A DNA stretch of 64,000 nucleotides from the IMG/VR virus record IMGVR_UViG_3300014208_001449; one strand, given 5' to 3'. The stretch's first letter is position 1, and the number at the start of each line of letters is the position of its first letter. This DNA comes from an uncultured virus (IMG/VR IMGVR_UViG_3300014208_001449). Lineage: Duplodnaviria; Heunggongvirae; Uroviricota; Caudoviricetes. The notes below the pieces were generated by a model, which made no database searches, had not been told where the DNA came from, and saw only the letters and a program-made list of their open reading frames with translations. This document shows positions 47,909 through 57,437 of this stretch, piece by piece. The translations under genes were made by a program, and so were the position numbers.

Positions 47909-48622
47909 ATGTGTCGATTCCATCGTGACGCCCCCCGTCATCCTACCGATCCCAAAGAGCGCAAGGCCCTGGTCCTGTGGTTGAAAGACCACCTCCTCTG
48001 GACGTATCCCGTCCACACCAAGGTCCCGCCCAGAGACACCTCTGTCGAAGACCATTTCATCGAACGCCCTGACGGTATGTTCGAGATGCGACAGCCTGGG
48101 CCCGATTGGGTCGACACGATTGTTCCGATGGGGCACCTCTACGAATGCTTGGACGTGGAGTACGTCTACGTAGACCCCACGACGGAGCACATCGAAGACG
48201 AAGATTCCCGCAACACGACTTTCCGTGTCTGGCTCGAAGCCGGTGGGTGGTTTGACAACTCCAAGGATCCGAACCTGACCCCGCCTCCCGAGGGCTGGGA
48301 TGACTACAGCCGTTGGAGCCGCAGCCACGACCTGAAACTCGACTGTGGAGGCCCTGACCTGGAATCGGCCCTCCTCGAACTCGCCCTCCGAGTCAAGTTC
48401 TATTACTGTGAGGATGGCACGGACAGGGAGGGGGTCCCCAGACAGTGCGAGTTTGAGAGAATCGAAGGGGACGACTACATTTCCACCTGCGTCGACGCAG
48501 GGGATGGGTACTGCAAGACGTGTGGCTACCCCGTAACTGGGGACATTCCGATATCCGCGATCCTCAAGGGCCGCATCGAGGATATCGACAAGCATAAGGT
48601 CCCGGAGGAAGAGAATGCGTGA
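47909..48622 (+). CDS. hypothetical protein
   Basis: GAGG RBS. Confidence 0.7.
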   Translation: MCRFHRDAPRHPTDPKERKALVLWLKDHLLWTYPVHTKVPPRDTSVEDHFIERPDGMFEMRQPGPDWVDTIVPMGHLYECLDVEYVYVDPTTEHIEDEDSRNTTFRVWLEAGGWFDNSKDPNLTPPPEGWDDYSRWSRSHDLKLDCGGPDLESALLELALRVKFYYCEDGTDREGVPRQCEFERIEGDDYISTCVDAGDGYCKTCGYPVTGDIPISAILKGRIEDIDKHKVPEEENA

Positions 48623-48902
48623 GGCAGAGGATCCCATCCTGCACTTCTGGGCCCCTGACGATTTCCATCTAATCATCGCAGGCAATCGGGAAGGTCTGGA
48701 GAACATTGGGCTCACTGGCTTGACGATCGGGCACCGGTCCCTCTCCTATCAGAATGACCGGACCGTGCTGGTCTGTTGCACCAGAGATCCTGCCGGTAGA
48801 ATTCTCCGTCAGAAACAGACAGGAGACTGGTGCGGGGTCCAAAAGACCAGCGCTTCTGATATCCTGGGTCCTGCGGCTACCCCAAATCAGAATCCGGAGT
48901 AA
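48615..48902 (+). CDS. hypothetical protein
   Basis: overlapping start. Confidence 0.55.
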   Translation: MREAEDPILHFWAPDDFHLIIAGNREGLENIGLTGLTIGHRSLSYQNDRTVLVCCTRDPAGRILRQKQTGDWCGVQKTSASDILGPAATPNQNPE

Positions 48903-48905
48903 TCG

Positions 48906-49388
48906 ATGTGCGAACAGTGCACCTGCGAAGCCAAGATGATCGGCCAGTTCCTCCCTGGCTGGTACTTTGTCCAAGCGACAAAAGACGGGAGCGAAGGGGA
49001 GATGAAGGCGGGAGGTTTCGGGCTGGTACAGTGCAACAACCCTGATTTCCGCTTCACCACCCTCCCGACACCGAGTCAAGTCTACGAAATGACCGAGGAG
49101 CAGGCCAACGCTCTGGGGGATCATGACCCGCTGTGGGACGTTTCTTTAGAGTGGCAGAAAGAAGTCGAGAAATTCGAAAACGACCTCTGGGGAGAGCCTT
49201 ATGTTTGCTGGGAATTGGTGCAAGCCGCCATTTCCTGTGGCTATGACCGCAGCAAGAACGGGCGGTTTGCAATGTGGCTCTTCCACCGACTAGGCCGCCT
49301 ACTCCAAACCCGTTGGGCCTCACCCCTAGAACCGGACAGCCCAGGTCCTTTGGGGCAAAACGATCTCACAGTCTCCATACAGGAGTAG
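48906..49388 (+). CDS. hypothetical protein
   Basis: GGAG RBS. Confidence 0.65.
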   Translation: MCEQCTCEAKMIGQFLPGWYFVQATKDGSEGEMKAGGFGLVQCNNPDFRFTTLPTPSQVYEMTEEQANALGDHDPLWDVSLEWQKEVEKFENDLWGEPYVCWELVQAAISCGYDRSKNGRFAMWLFHRLGRLLQTRWASPLEPDSPGPLGQNDLTVSIQE

Positions 49389-49409
49389 ACCTCTATCGTT
49401 CTCCGAAAC

Positions 49410-50702
49410 TTACTTGTCTAGCTCCAATTGAGCTTCGTCAACGTTCGGTTCCTGCTTCACAGAGTCAAGTTGTGCCCCCTCCCCCGTAGGTACATAAGAG
49501 CCAGAGCTTGTCTCTCCACAGGCTTCTGTGATCCGTTTCTTCTTCCTTTTCGGCTTCCGAACAGGAGGAAGGAGAACGGAGCACACGGGGGAACTCCCCG
49601 CTAACTTCGTTAATTTTGCTAACTGAACCAAGTTGATCGCTGCGTTGTGATCCCTGTCAGCTTCGAAACCACAAGCCTCGCAAATGAATGTTCTTTCCCC
49701 TAGAGTCAGTTCTTTCTTTACTACACCACAGGCGGAACACCTCTTAGACGAAGGGAACCATCGATCCGCCTTAACCACAGTCCCGCCCGCCATCCACATC
49801 TTGTACGTGATCATTCTGTGAAGACTGCCGGGCGAGGCGTCCGCAAGTGCCTTCGCCAAGCAATGGTTCTTCGCCATCCCAGCAACGTTCAACGTCTCTA
49901 ACACGACCGTTTCGGCTCGCTTGGCTATCGCGTCCGAAACTTTGTGCAGGGCGTCGTTGCGCTGACAGGCGACTTTATAGTGTTGCTTGGCTAGTGCAGT
50001 TTTGGCTTTCTTGGAGTTCTCGGATCCTTTCTTCTTGCGAGAGAGGGACTTTTGTAAAAGGCGTAGCCTCCTTTCTGACCGTTTAAGGGCTCGTGGATTT
50101 TCGAAAACTGTCCCATCGGATAAGACTGCCAAGGACTTGATCCCTACGTCAACTCCCAGGGTTTCTGTCCCCAGAGGTCGAACGTGGGGCTCATCGGTTT
50201 GAATTGAGACAAACCACCTACCCGCTCGTTCCGAAACCGTTGCTGACTTGATTTCGACGTCAGTTGGAAAGTACCCGTGCTCTTTAAGACGGAGCCATCC
50301 GATACGGGGAAGACGGATTCTTTGTTCTGTTACCAGAACACTCCCACGTAGAGTGAATGACCCGATCCCGTCTTTTTTCTTCTTGAACTTAGGATAGCCT
50401 TTCTTCTTACACTTAGGATCCCTACATCGGCGGAAAAACCCATCCATTCCGGAATCTACGTTGGCCAGAGCCCCCTCAGAAACTTTAACCGGAATATCAT
50501 TCAGCCAAGTGAACTCTGTTTTCTTGAGTTGCGTGAGTTCCTTCAGGAGATCATAGGCGGTATGGTACTTCTCCCCGTTCTTATAGGTTTCGTTTTTCCT
50601 TCTAAGACCATAGTTGAATACCCAACGAGCAGCACCTGAGTACTGCTTGCAAGTAGTTTTCTGCTTGTTGTTCAAATCCAACTCGGTCTTATAGGATCTC
50701 AT
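49410..50702 (-). CDS. tnpB: TnpB RNA-guided endonuclease (IS607/IS605 OrfB)
   Basis: HTH ARWVFN, GYPKFKKK, GVDVG, LETL, FPSSKRCSACG, DRDHNAA. Confidence 0.93.
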   Translation of the reverse strand: MRSYKTELDLNNKQKTTCKQYSGAARWVFNYGLRRKNETYKNGEKYHTAYDLLKELTQLKKTEFTWLNDIPVKVSEGALANVDSGMDGFFRRCRDPKCKKKGYPKFKKKKDGIGSFTLRGSVLVTEQRIRLPRIGWLRLKEHGYFPTDVEIKSATVSERAGRWFVSIQTDEPHVRPLGTETLGVDVGIKSLAVLSDGTVFENPRALKRSERRLRLLQKSLSRKKKGSENSKKAKTALAKQHYKVACQRNDALHKVSDAIAKRAETVVLETLNVAGMAKNHCLAKALADASPGSLHRMITYKMWMAGGTVVKADRWFPSSKRCSACGVVKKELTLGERTFICEACGFEADRDHNAAINLVQLAKLTKLAGSSPVCSVLLPPVRKPKRKKKRITEACGETSSGSYVPTGEGAQLDSVKQEPNVDEAQLELDK

Positions 50703-51016
50703 TTCCCGGCTTTTCCTTCTACTACCTTAGTCATTACCGCCAAAATCTCCCGAGCTAGCTCCTCAGAACACCGGATCGTAACTCGATTGTCTGGCTTTCG
50801 TTCTTGAACAAGAGGAGCAGGCCCTCTTAGCGGGACATCTTTACTGTCCTCTCCTGTTCCCATGAAAGTGTCGATATCAGACTGCCGGTACCTTCTATGC
50901 CCCCCAGGAGTTCGAACAGGAACCAGCTTACCCTTAGTGTCCCAGTGCCGAAGGGTCTCCGCATGAACCCCCAGGGCCTTGGAAACTTCCTGAATGCTCA
51001 AGAGGCGCTCAGCCAT
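50699..51016 (-). CDS. IS607 TnpA-like MerR HTH lacking the serine-recombinase domain
   Basis: LLSIQEVSKALGVHAETLRHWD.KGKL.PVRTPGGHRRY; no YARVS catalytic motif. Confidence 0.8.
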   Translation of the reverse strand: MAERLLSIQEVSKALGVHAETLRHWDTKGKLVPVRTPGGHRRYRQSDIDTFMGTGEDSKDVPLRGPAPLVQERKPDNRVTIRCSEELAREILAVMTKVVEGKAGK

Positions 51017-51177
51017 TTTTCATCTGCTCCTTCTATCTACTATAGCCGAGTTATAGGCAAACTATTGGAAGTTTTCCGGAGGGGGCCGAAGTTCACTGAA
51101 GACTACACCTAAAAAAGCTTGCATGAGACTGCGGGATAGGGTACCATACGACTGGCTTGAAGAACAGAGGAAACTCC

Positions 51178-51912
51178 ATGGGAGACCCACACAACTCCGA
51201 GCGTTACGGCGAAACTTGGCCTCAGCACCGGACTGACGCCTACCTGAAGGACTTGGAATCCCTCAAGGAATTCGTAGTGATTTCAGGCGGCTTCGCTTGG
51301 CACATGCTTTCTTCGACAGGCCACACAGAGTACAAGCACGCCCATGACCAGAAGGACCTTGACCTCTTCGTCCCCAAGCACCTTGTGGGAACCGTCCTCC
51401 CTATTCTCAGCACTCTGGGCTACAAGAAGGTTACGACCATCTACGACAAGATCCCTAGCAAAGAGAATTTCCGCCGATATGAACGGACAGTCGAGGATAG
51501 TGCCCATCCGGCCTGTAAACTGACAATCGACTTCTTTGTAGGGGGCCATCCAACACTGACTACTCGGGAAGGTTGGACAGTAGTGCGACCTGACGTGCTC
51601 CTGTCCTTCTACCGCGATATCCATTCCAGTGACAATTGCTGGGCTGTTCGGTCGGCCACTCGACTATTGGAGAACGGGGAGACTGTTGAGAATCTCGTAG
51701 GGAACGGAGCCTTAACTTTGTGTCCTGACCTGCCCTACTGGTTTTGCACCAAGTGCGGCTGGTCAGGACAATTCCCAGAGAGCACAACCCCACAAGGCAC
51801 ACTCCTCAAGGGGCTCGGAGGAGCATGGCACCCTGGTTGTGGCTACATGGCACACAATCTGGGTCTGCCAACATATCGACCCAGAGCAGAGTTCGAGAAA
51901 AGAGTGCCTTGA
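51178..51912 (+). CDS. putative nucleotidyltransferase (Pol beta-like)
   Basis: ISGGFAW...KDLDLFV...IDFF; TTGCAT-N17-TACCAT promoter upstream. Confidence 0.6.
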   Translation: MGDPHNSERYGETWPQHRTDAYLKDLESLKEFVVISGGFAWHMLSSTGHTEYKHAHDQKDLDLFVPKHLVGTVLPILSTLGYKKVTTIYDKIPSKENFRRYERTVEDSAHPACKLTIDFFVGGHPTLTTREGWTVVRPDVLLSFYRDIHSSDNCWAVRSATRLLENGETVENLVGNGALTLCPDLPYWFCTKCGWSGQFPESTTPQGTLLKGLGGAWHPGCGYMAHNLGLPTYRPRAEFEKRVP

Positions 51913-51970
51913 CACTCTGAGGATTCCGGAGTACAGATAGAAACAGCAACCTCCTGTGAGGGATATAAAA

Positions 51971-52174
51971 ATGTACGGAAGTGCCCTAAAGGCCCTCCAA
52001 GAACTTCTGGTCGGGGCTACAGTGCTCGCCGTTGAACCTCCTGGCGAGGACGAGTATATTGCCCGCTTCCTCGTGGAGAAAGACGGGAAACAAACTTCGT
52101 TTATGTTGGGGGCTACGGACCTGGGGAGTTGGGTGTCTCGTCGCCAAACAGAAATTACTGAAGAAAATGCCTGA
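51971..52174 (+). CDS. hypothetical protein
   Basis: GAGGG RBS. Confidence 0.55.
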   Translation: MYGSALKALQELLVGATVLAVEPPGEDEYIARFLVEKDGKQTSFMLGATDLGSWVSRRQTEITEENA

Positions 52175-52442
52175 CGATAACAAGTTCGACAAGCTGCGGG
52201 AGATCGGCTACACAATCCCCATGGGCTGTGCGCTCTGTGTTCACGCTCATTTCCCTGCCTATGTGGAGTGGGGCACCTGCGGTAAGCACCTTTACCAGCA
52301 CCTGAAACACACGGGAGAGCCCCGTGAGGTTTCGATTCATCGAGCCGGAACTTGCCCCGACGCCTATTGCGGAGCAGAACCTGCTGCGGGAGTCTACGGA
52401 GCCCACGCGGAGTTTCTGGCCTTCGTCAAGAAAGCCCTGTAA
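52167..52442 (+). CDS. hypothetical protein
   Basis: C..C.H...WGTC. Confidence 0.6.
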   Translation: MPDDNKFDKLREIGYTIPMGCALCVHAHFPAYVEWGTCGKHLYQHLKHTGEPREVSIHRAGTCPDAYCGAEPAAGVYGAHAEFLAFVKKAL

Positions 52443-52443
52443 C

Positions 52444-52788
52444 ATGACCGTCGATGAGAAAGCTGCTGAGACAATCAAGAAGTTCCGGAACCTCTGCCAG
52501 TTGTTCGAGTTTCCGGAACCACCGATCGTACCGGTTTTGTCGACCGAGTCCGACGGGGCAGTTTCAGCCCAGGGAGTCCGCCTGGATTTCAAAGTCAATG
52601 GTACGACGGATCCGGACCTTCAAGCCAAGCGGGTTTTTGCTCGTTACTTATGTGACCTGCGGGTGTCCAAGCCCGAGTTTGACCACGAGGTCATTGCTCT
52701 TATCGCCGACCTCATCACGATCTATGAGGGGTACTTGAAAGTCTGGGCCGAAAAGGTTTCCCCGACCCGTGACGGAACTCAGAACTGA
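52444..52788 (+). CDS. hypothetical protein
   Basis: operon packing. Confidence 0.6.
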   Translation: MTVDEKAAETIKKFRNLCQLFEFPEPPIVPVLSTESDGAVSAQGVRLDFKVNGTTDPDLQAKRVFARYLCDLRVSKPEFDHEVIALIADLITIYEGYLKVWAEKVSPTRDGTQN

Positions 52789-52799
52789 GGCATGCACTC

Positions 52800-53171
52800 A
52801 TGAAAATCGCAGTTGACTTTGACGGAACCTGTGTTCTTCACGAATATCCGGGAATCGGAGAGGACGTGCCCTGGGCAGTAGAGACCCTGAAATGGCTTGC
52901 TGAGAACGGGTGGCAGATCATTCTCTACACTATGCGGAGTGGCCGCCTGCTCTTGGATGCAGTTTGCTGGTTCGAAGCCCGCGGAATCCCCCTGTACGGC
53001 ATAAACACAAACCCCGACCAAAAGGCCTGGACAGTATCCCCCAAATGCTACGCCAACTTTTACGTTGACGACGCAGCTATCGGGTGTCCCTTGGTTACCG
53101 GCATGAGCGAACGGCCCTACGTCGACTGGAAACAGGTTCGTCGGATGGTGGTCAGCCGGACACTCGGGTAG
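52800..53171 (+). CDS. small HAD-superfamily hydrolase (BT0820-like)
   Basis: IAVDFDGT, ILYTMR, SPKCYANFYVDD. Confidence 0.85.
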   Translation: MKIAVDFDGTCVLHEYPGIGEDVPWAVETLKWLAENGWQIILYTMRSGRLLLDAVCWFEARGIPLYGINTNPDQKAWTVSPKCYANFYVDDAAIGCPLVTGMSERPYVDWKQVRRMVVSRTLG

Positions 53172-53178
53172 AGACTAG

Positions 53179-53205
53179 GTTTCTGTGCGGGTTGGAATGG
53201 GGTAT
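53179..53205 (+). promoter_or_regulatory. class-1 promoter motif
   Basis: GTTT-N17-GGGTAT. Confidence 0.6.
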
Positions 53206-53235
53206 AGAGAGGGCCGGACTGTAAAGAGGTGCCGA

Positions 53236-53727
53236 ATGACTACTTCACCCGCCAAAACCTTCACCAAGGTTGCAGAGACTCTCTTCGAGGGCCACGAGTG
53301 GCAACTCCGAGGTGTTCTTGGCTCTCTGGAAACAGAGTATGCCAAGAAAGTCAAACAAGCAGCGGAGGGAACCCTGCGCGGGCCAAACGGCAATCGTGGG
53401 GTCTGGATCTCGCTTTCCTCGGTGCCTGACCAGAAACTGCGTGACAGAGTAAAGGCGGAACTGGCCAAGCGGAAAGTAAGGGTAGACGGGTTCGTGGCCT
53501 ACTGCCCCTGTTGCAACCAAACCTTCGATATGCCTTCGCAGTTCACGAGTCTCCGTGAAAACGGGCTCTGCGACCAGTGCCTGAATGTCGCAGAAGGCCG
53601 GAGTCCTGGGACTATTGGTTGGCGGGAACCCTGTGTAGAAGAAGTGCTGGCACTGCCTTTCGGGGACATTCGCTGTCTAGAGGCGGAAGTGCTCCGGAAA
53701 GAGATCCTGGCAGGGAGGAAACTGTGA
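53236..53727 (+). CDS. hypothetical protein
   Basis: GAGG RBS. Confidence 0.6.
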   Translation: MTTSPAKTFTKVAETLFEGHEWQLRGVLGSLETEYAKKVKQAAEGTLRGPNGNRGVWISLSSVPDQKLRDRVKAELAKRKVRVDGFVAYCPCCNQTFDMPSQFTSLRENGLCDQCLNVAEGRSPGTIGWREPCVEEVLALPFGDIRCLEAEVLRKEILAGRKL

Positions 53728-53966
53728 GTTCACTAGCAGAACGGATCCTGGCGGAATACATGATTGTGGAACAGGGTGGCACTTTTGGAGATTCCGACGC
53801 CCCCGCTAGGGGGAGGTGCAAATTCTGCGGATTTGGCTGGACGGCCAACTGCACCGTTGAGGACGACGGGCAAACTTACCAGGAGTACTGCGCGGTCCCT
53901 CCGGAACAGGAACACCACAAATCGGATTGCCTTGTCCTTCAAGCACGGAAAGAGGCAGGGCTATGA
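53724..53966 (+). CDS. zinc-binding hypothetical protein (triplet paralog 1)
   Basis: LAERIL..Y...CKFCG..W...PEQEHH..DCLVLQAR. Confidence 0.7.
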   Translation: MSSLAERILAEYMIVEQGGTFGDSDAPARGRCKFCGFGWTANCTVEDDGQTYQEYCAVPPEQEHHKSDCLVLQARKEAGL

Positions 53967-54238
53967 CCGGAAAAACCTTAGCAGAACGAATCCTGGCATG
54001 GTACGTCGAGCCTGACTGCCGCGTCGACCGCGATTACAAAAGAATCAACGATGAGGACAACAACGATATCACCGAGATAGCCCGTTGTAAGGTTTGCGGT
54101 GGCGAGTGGGATCTAGTTAAACGTGACAATCCGCAGGACGACTTCTACACTCCGCCTCTTCCCGCTTTACCTGAGCAGGAAAAACATCGGCCTGACTGTT
54201 TTGTCCTTCAAGCCCGCGAGGAGTTCAACAGATGCTGA
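53963..54238 (+). CDS. zinc-binding hypothetical protein (triplet paralog 2)
   Basis: LAERIL..Y...CKVCG..W...PEQEKH..DCFVLQAR. Confidence 0.7.
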   Translation: MTGKTLAERILAWYVEPDCRVDRDYKRINDEDNNDITEIARCKVCGGEWDLVKRDNPQDDFYTPPLPALPEQEKHRPDCFVLQAREEFNRC

Positions 54239-54705
54239 AGGTCCCCTTTGATGCAGCCCGGGTCTTCCCAATCCTGGCAGAAGCCATCCTATCCACGTAC
54301 AACTCCTATTCCACAGGAGGTGTTGTAGGAATGCCTGGGTGGAGTCAAGGGACCTGCATGTTCTGCGGAAGGTCTTGGAACGTAGAGGTAGAGAACCGGA
54401 AAGACCATTTGCGTTTCATCGACGTCCATCCCGAACGGGAAGAACATAGTCCTGGCTGCTTGGTTTTGTGGGCCCGTGAGAACGAGTCCCCGAGACCTAC
54501 CCACACCCCAATTCCGGATGTGTATTTTGCCTTGACCGTACAGGCCCTGAGAATGCGGAAAGAGGTATTCTCTGGAGTCGGAATGCGGCTGAAAGACTTT
54601 GACCAGATGTACCTCGACGGAATCGGCCCGTACGAAAGACAAGTGGCCGAGGAAGAAGGGATTGATCTATCAGACCTGAACACTGACGATGGGAGGCTCC
54701 TATGA
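54232..54705 (+). CDS. zinc-binding hypothetical protein (triplet paralog 3)
   Basis: LAEAIL..Y...CMFCG..W...PEREEH..GCLVLWAR. Confidence 0.7.
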   Translation: MLKVPFDAARVFPILAEAILSTYNSYSTGGVVGMPGWSQGTCMFCGRSWNVEVENRKDHLRFIDVHPEREEHSPGCLVLWARENESPRPTHTPIPDVYFALTVQALRMRKEVFSGVGMRLKDFDQMYLDGIGPYERQVAEEEGIDLSDLNTDDGRLL

Positions 54706-54989
54706 CGACAAAGCGTGCTGAGACGTATCTCGAACTCAAGAACTGCTACCTGACAGTATTCCCAGAAGAAGAGACAGCCCTGTGTTGGGGAGACCCTTCG
54801 ATAGACAAACCCGAAGACCTCGTAAGAGAGATCCTTCTAGATATGCGAACCGTCCGAGACTCCGCAACTGTACAGGACGCTATCGCCTTTCTGAAAGAAG
54901 GGGGCTACGGGATCTTCGATCCTAGCCTTCGCGAACCTGATCCCGAGGCTGTTGTTGAGAGACTTTACCGTCTACTACGCGGAGAATGA
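54702..54989 (+). CDS. hypothetical protein
   Basis: ATGA overlap. Confidence 0.6.
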   Translation: MTTKRAETYLELKNCYLTVFPEEETALCWGDPSIDKPEDLVREILLDMRTVRDSATVQDAIAFLKEGGYGIFDPSLREPDPEAVVERLYRLLRGE

Positions 54990-54998
54990 GGCCACGAA

Positions 54999-55286
54999 AT
55001 GACTTTCAAGCCAGTCTCTCCAAACGAAAAGGGCACGTACGTCCAGTGCCGTCTCTCTCGGGGCAACCAGGGAACCTACTCATGGATCCCCAAGAAGTTT
55101 GCCATCGTCGGTAAGGTCCTCCTGCTCAAGGAAGGCGAAGAGTGGGAGGACGACTGGAAGGTGGAAGAGGCCTGGGCCGAAGCGCCCGCAGAAAAGGTCA
55201 TTGCAGCGTCTCGACTCTACATGAAGCACAGGGACGGAACCGACGCTAGGCGAGATTCAGATGGCTGGAAAGGACCCAATAGATGA
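54999..55286 (+). CDS. hypothetical protein
   Basis: QC.L......SWIP.KFA..GK.L.LK. Confidence 0.65.
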   Translation: MTFKPVSPNEKGTYVQCRLSRGNQGTYSWIPKKFAIVGKVLLLKEGEEWEDDWKVEEAWAEAPAEKVIAASRLYMKHRDGTDARRDSDGWKGPNR

Positions 55287-55705
55287 GCACTTCTGAATGG
55301 GGCAGGCCGTATCGGAAAAGTTTCCCTGGACACCGTATCTTCCCGACTACCTCATGTGCCGACTGCGAGTATTTCGAAGTGGCCGCCATGTTCAGCCGGA
55401 GGTGCAGCAAGAATCCAGACACGCATATCTGGGCTCCAGGATTCAGCCCCGAGCAAGAACGCCAAGAGAACGGAGGAGTGCAAGCTGAGGTTTGCCCAAG
55501 CTTCACTTTGGCAAGAGAGATTCTGGAGTGCTTGCCTCACCGTTGTCTCGACTGTGCTTTCTTCGAACAGGCTGTTTACCCGACTGTCCTGGATGGTGGC
55601 CCCTACTGTAACCTCGTCAACACCTCTATGTCTGACGAGAAGTCCAGGGAGGGGAACCTCTGTCAATCGTTTAGCTCGAAACCCGCTAGCACCCACGTGG
55701 AGTAA
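55283..55705 (+). CDS. Cys-rich repeat protein
   Basis: CADCEYF / CLDCAFF repeats. Confidence 0.6.
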   Translation: MSTSEWGRPYRKSFPGHRIFPTTSCADCEYFEVAAMFSRRCSKNPDTHIWAPGFSPEQERQENGGVQAEVCPSFTLAREILECLPHRCLDCAFFEQAVYPTVLDGGPYCNLVNTSMSDEKSREGNLCQSFSSKPASTHVE

Positions 55706-55710
55706 AAGAA

Positions 55711-56259
55711 ATGCCTTTCGAGAACCATCCCAATCAACGGTGCTTGGATTGTGCTTTTCAGTCTTACCGGCTGGGCCGCCCGCAACCTGTTTTGAGTGTG
55801 GGATTCGGCACGCAGATTGTCGGTGAAATTCCCACGGTTTCCACCCCTATCTGTTCTTTAACCTTTTTCGAGATATCCGTCGACCCTGAAACTTACAATA
55901 GCTGTCCTTCTTACCGGCTTAGGGATTACCCAAAATCTGGAATTCAGTGTAAAACAGTTTGCGCAAAGCCCCAGAAAAACTGTGACGCTTCCACCTGCCC
56001 TGACTATGCAGAATGGCCACATGGCTCTACGGTAAATAGTGTTGTCACCCTCCCCGAGAAGTGTGGCCTAGGAGACCAACCTGGAACCCGAACCGGAGAG
56101 GTACGGTGCCCGCACCTGCAACCCGCGTTTGATAGATATGGTCATTTTGATGGAGAGGACTGCTCTCTAGAAGACGTCCGGTGCGGAGAGGAACGGTCAA
56201 ACAGTTGCCCTCTCGACCGAGACAATCCTGGCAAGGCCCTAACCTGGAGGCTTGACTAA
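55711..56259 (+). CDS. Cys-rich hypothetical protein
   Basis: CLDCAF shared with upstream ORF. Confidence 0.6.
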   Translation: MPFENHPNQRCLDCAFQSYRLGRPQPVLSVGFGTQIVGEIPTVSTPICSLTFFEISVDPETYNSCPSYRLRDYPKSGIQCKTVCAKPQKNCDASTCPDYAEWPHGSTVNSVVTLPEKCGLGDQPGTRTGEVRCPHLQPAFDRYGHFDGEDCSLEDVRCGEERSNSCPLDRDNPGKALTWRLD

Positions 56260-56747
56260 TGACTATCCCCCTGGAAACCATTGCACTAGCTGGCGGCCTC
56301 TTTGTCCCCCTCGTTGTCTGGCACTTTTTGGCAGATTGGTGCACGCAGTCAGAATACTCAGCAGAGGTCAAACACGAAGGAAACTGGGAACTCACCGCCC
56401 ACTGTCTCCTTTACACGTTCCTATTCGTGCCCTTCCTCTACCTGTACGGACTGCCCCTCTGGGCCAAGATCGCAGCAGGCTCGATTCTGCTCTGGTCCCA
56501 CTGGACTGGAGATCGAGGCATTCCCGTGTGGCTATGGGCTCGGTACATCCGGAAAATGACGTGTGTTCTAAACCTGGAAACTCTTGAGCGGGAGCGAATG
56601 ACAGTGCCCAAGGACTTGTTCCGTGACGGACAGTTCTTGAACACGTCTTTCTACTTCCGACCGATCCTGGTCATCGTCATTGACCAGTTGTGGCATTTAC
56701 TGTGGCTTTGGGCTATTGTTGGGCTGACGCTCTACGTAAGGGGCTGA
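56259..56747 (+). CDS. DUF3307-like membrane protein
   Basis: HFLADW..Q, H..LY, SHW..D, IDQLWH. Confidence 0.7.
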   Translation: MTIPLETIALAGGLFVPLVVWHFLADWCTQSEYSAEVKHEGNWELTAHCLLYTFLFVPFLYLYGLPLWAKIAAGSILLWSHWTGDRGIPVWLWARYIRKMTCVLNLETLERERMTVPKDLFRDGQFLNTSFYFRPILVIVIDQLWHLLWLWAIVGLTLYVRG

Positions 56748-56749
56748 TC

Positions 56750-57433
56750 ATGCTCGTGTACATGTTGACGTTCGAGGATCTCCGGACCTACGAAGGCTAT
56801 CAGTTGGAGCTAGGGGTAACCCATGAAATTCCGGAGGACCCAAACCGGAGGTGGCAGAAAACCCTGTGCTCAGACAGTCTGTTCAACTGGTATCTTGACC
56901 CTCTCCTGGCGGCAATCTGGGACGCTAGCTACGCCAGATACCAACTCCGGACCGACAGACAGGCCCGACTATTCGAGGCCGAAGCGAGCGGGCAAATCGT
57001 CTTGGGAGAGGATCTGAAAGTCAGCGGAGGGTCGGACGAGATCACGCTCTTACGTGAAATCCCCGTCCTGGAAATCTCACGGAACCAACGGGTAACTTTC
57101 GCTATCCTCTGTGCTCAGGAAGTCACAGATACCCCTACCTGGGGATGGAGAGCCTGGGCCGACAAATGGTTGAGCGGCGAAGACCGAACAGAGGAGTCTG
57201 CCCGAAAAGCAGGAGACAACATGGGGGCTTTGGAAGGTGGAAGTGCCGAATCGGCGGCTGCCTGGGCCGCCCAACAGGCGGCACGACACGAAATTTACCC
57301 GTGGATTTTGGCAGAAGAGGTGGGGATGTGGGCTAATCAAGCAGCAGTCCGATCCTCCATGCAGGCCCAACGAAGAAACCTTTCGCCTCTGGATTTCCTG
57401 GCGATTGCCAAACGTGCGGTGGAGAAGGGCTGA
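56750..57433 (+). CDS. hypothetical protein
   Basis: FAILCA...W..WADKWLSGEDR plus Ala-rich segment. Confidence 0.7.
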   Translation: MLVYMLTFEDLRTYEGYQLELGVTHEIPEDPNRRWQKTLCSDSLFNWYLDPLLAAIWDASYARYQLRTDRQARLFEAEASGQIVLGEDLKVSGGSDEITLLREIPVLEISRNQRVTFAILCAQEVTDTPTWGWRAWADKWLSGEDRTEESARKAGDNMGALEGGSAESAAAWAAQQAARHEIYPWILAEEVGMWANQAAVRSSMQAQRRNLSPLDFLAIAKRAVEKG

Positions 57434-57437
57434 AACC

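Larger units (their letters stand above)
49397..51110 (-). mobile_element. IS607-family derivative (truncated TnpA HTH plus TnpB); left end approximate
   Basis: MerR-type HTH ORF overlapping tnpB; right end GTAAGTTTCGGAGAACG resembles IS607 ends. Confidence 0.7.
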
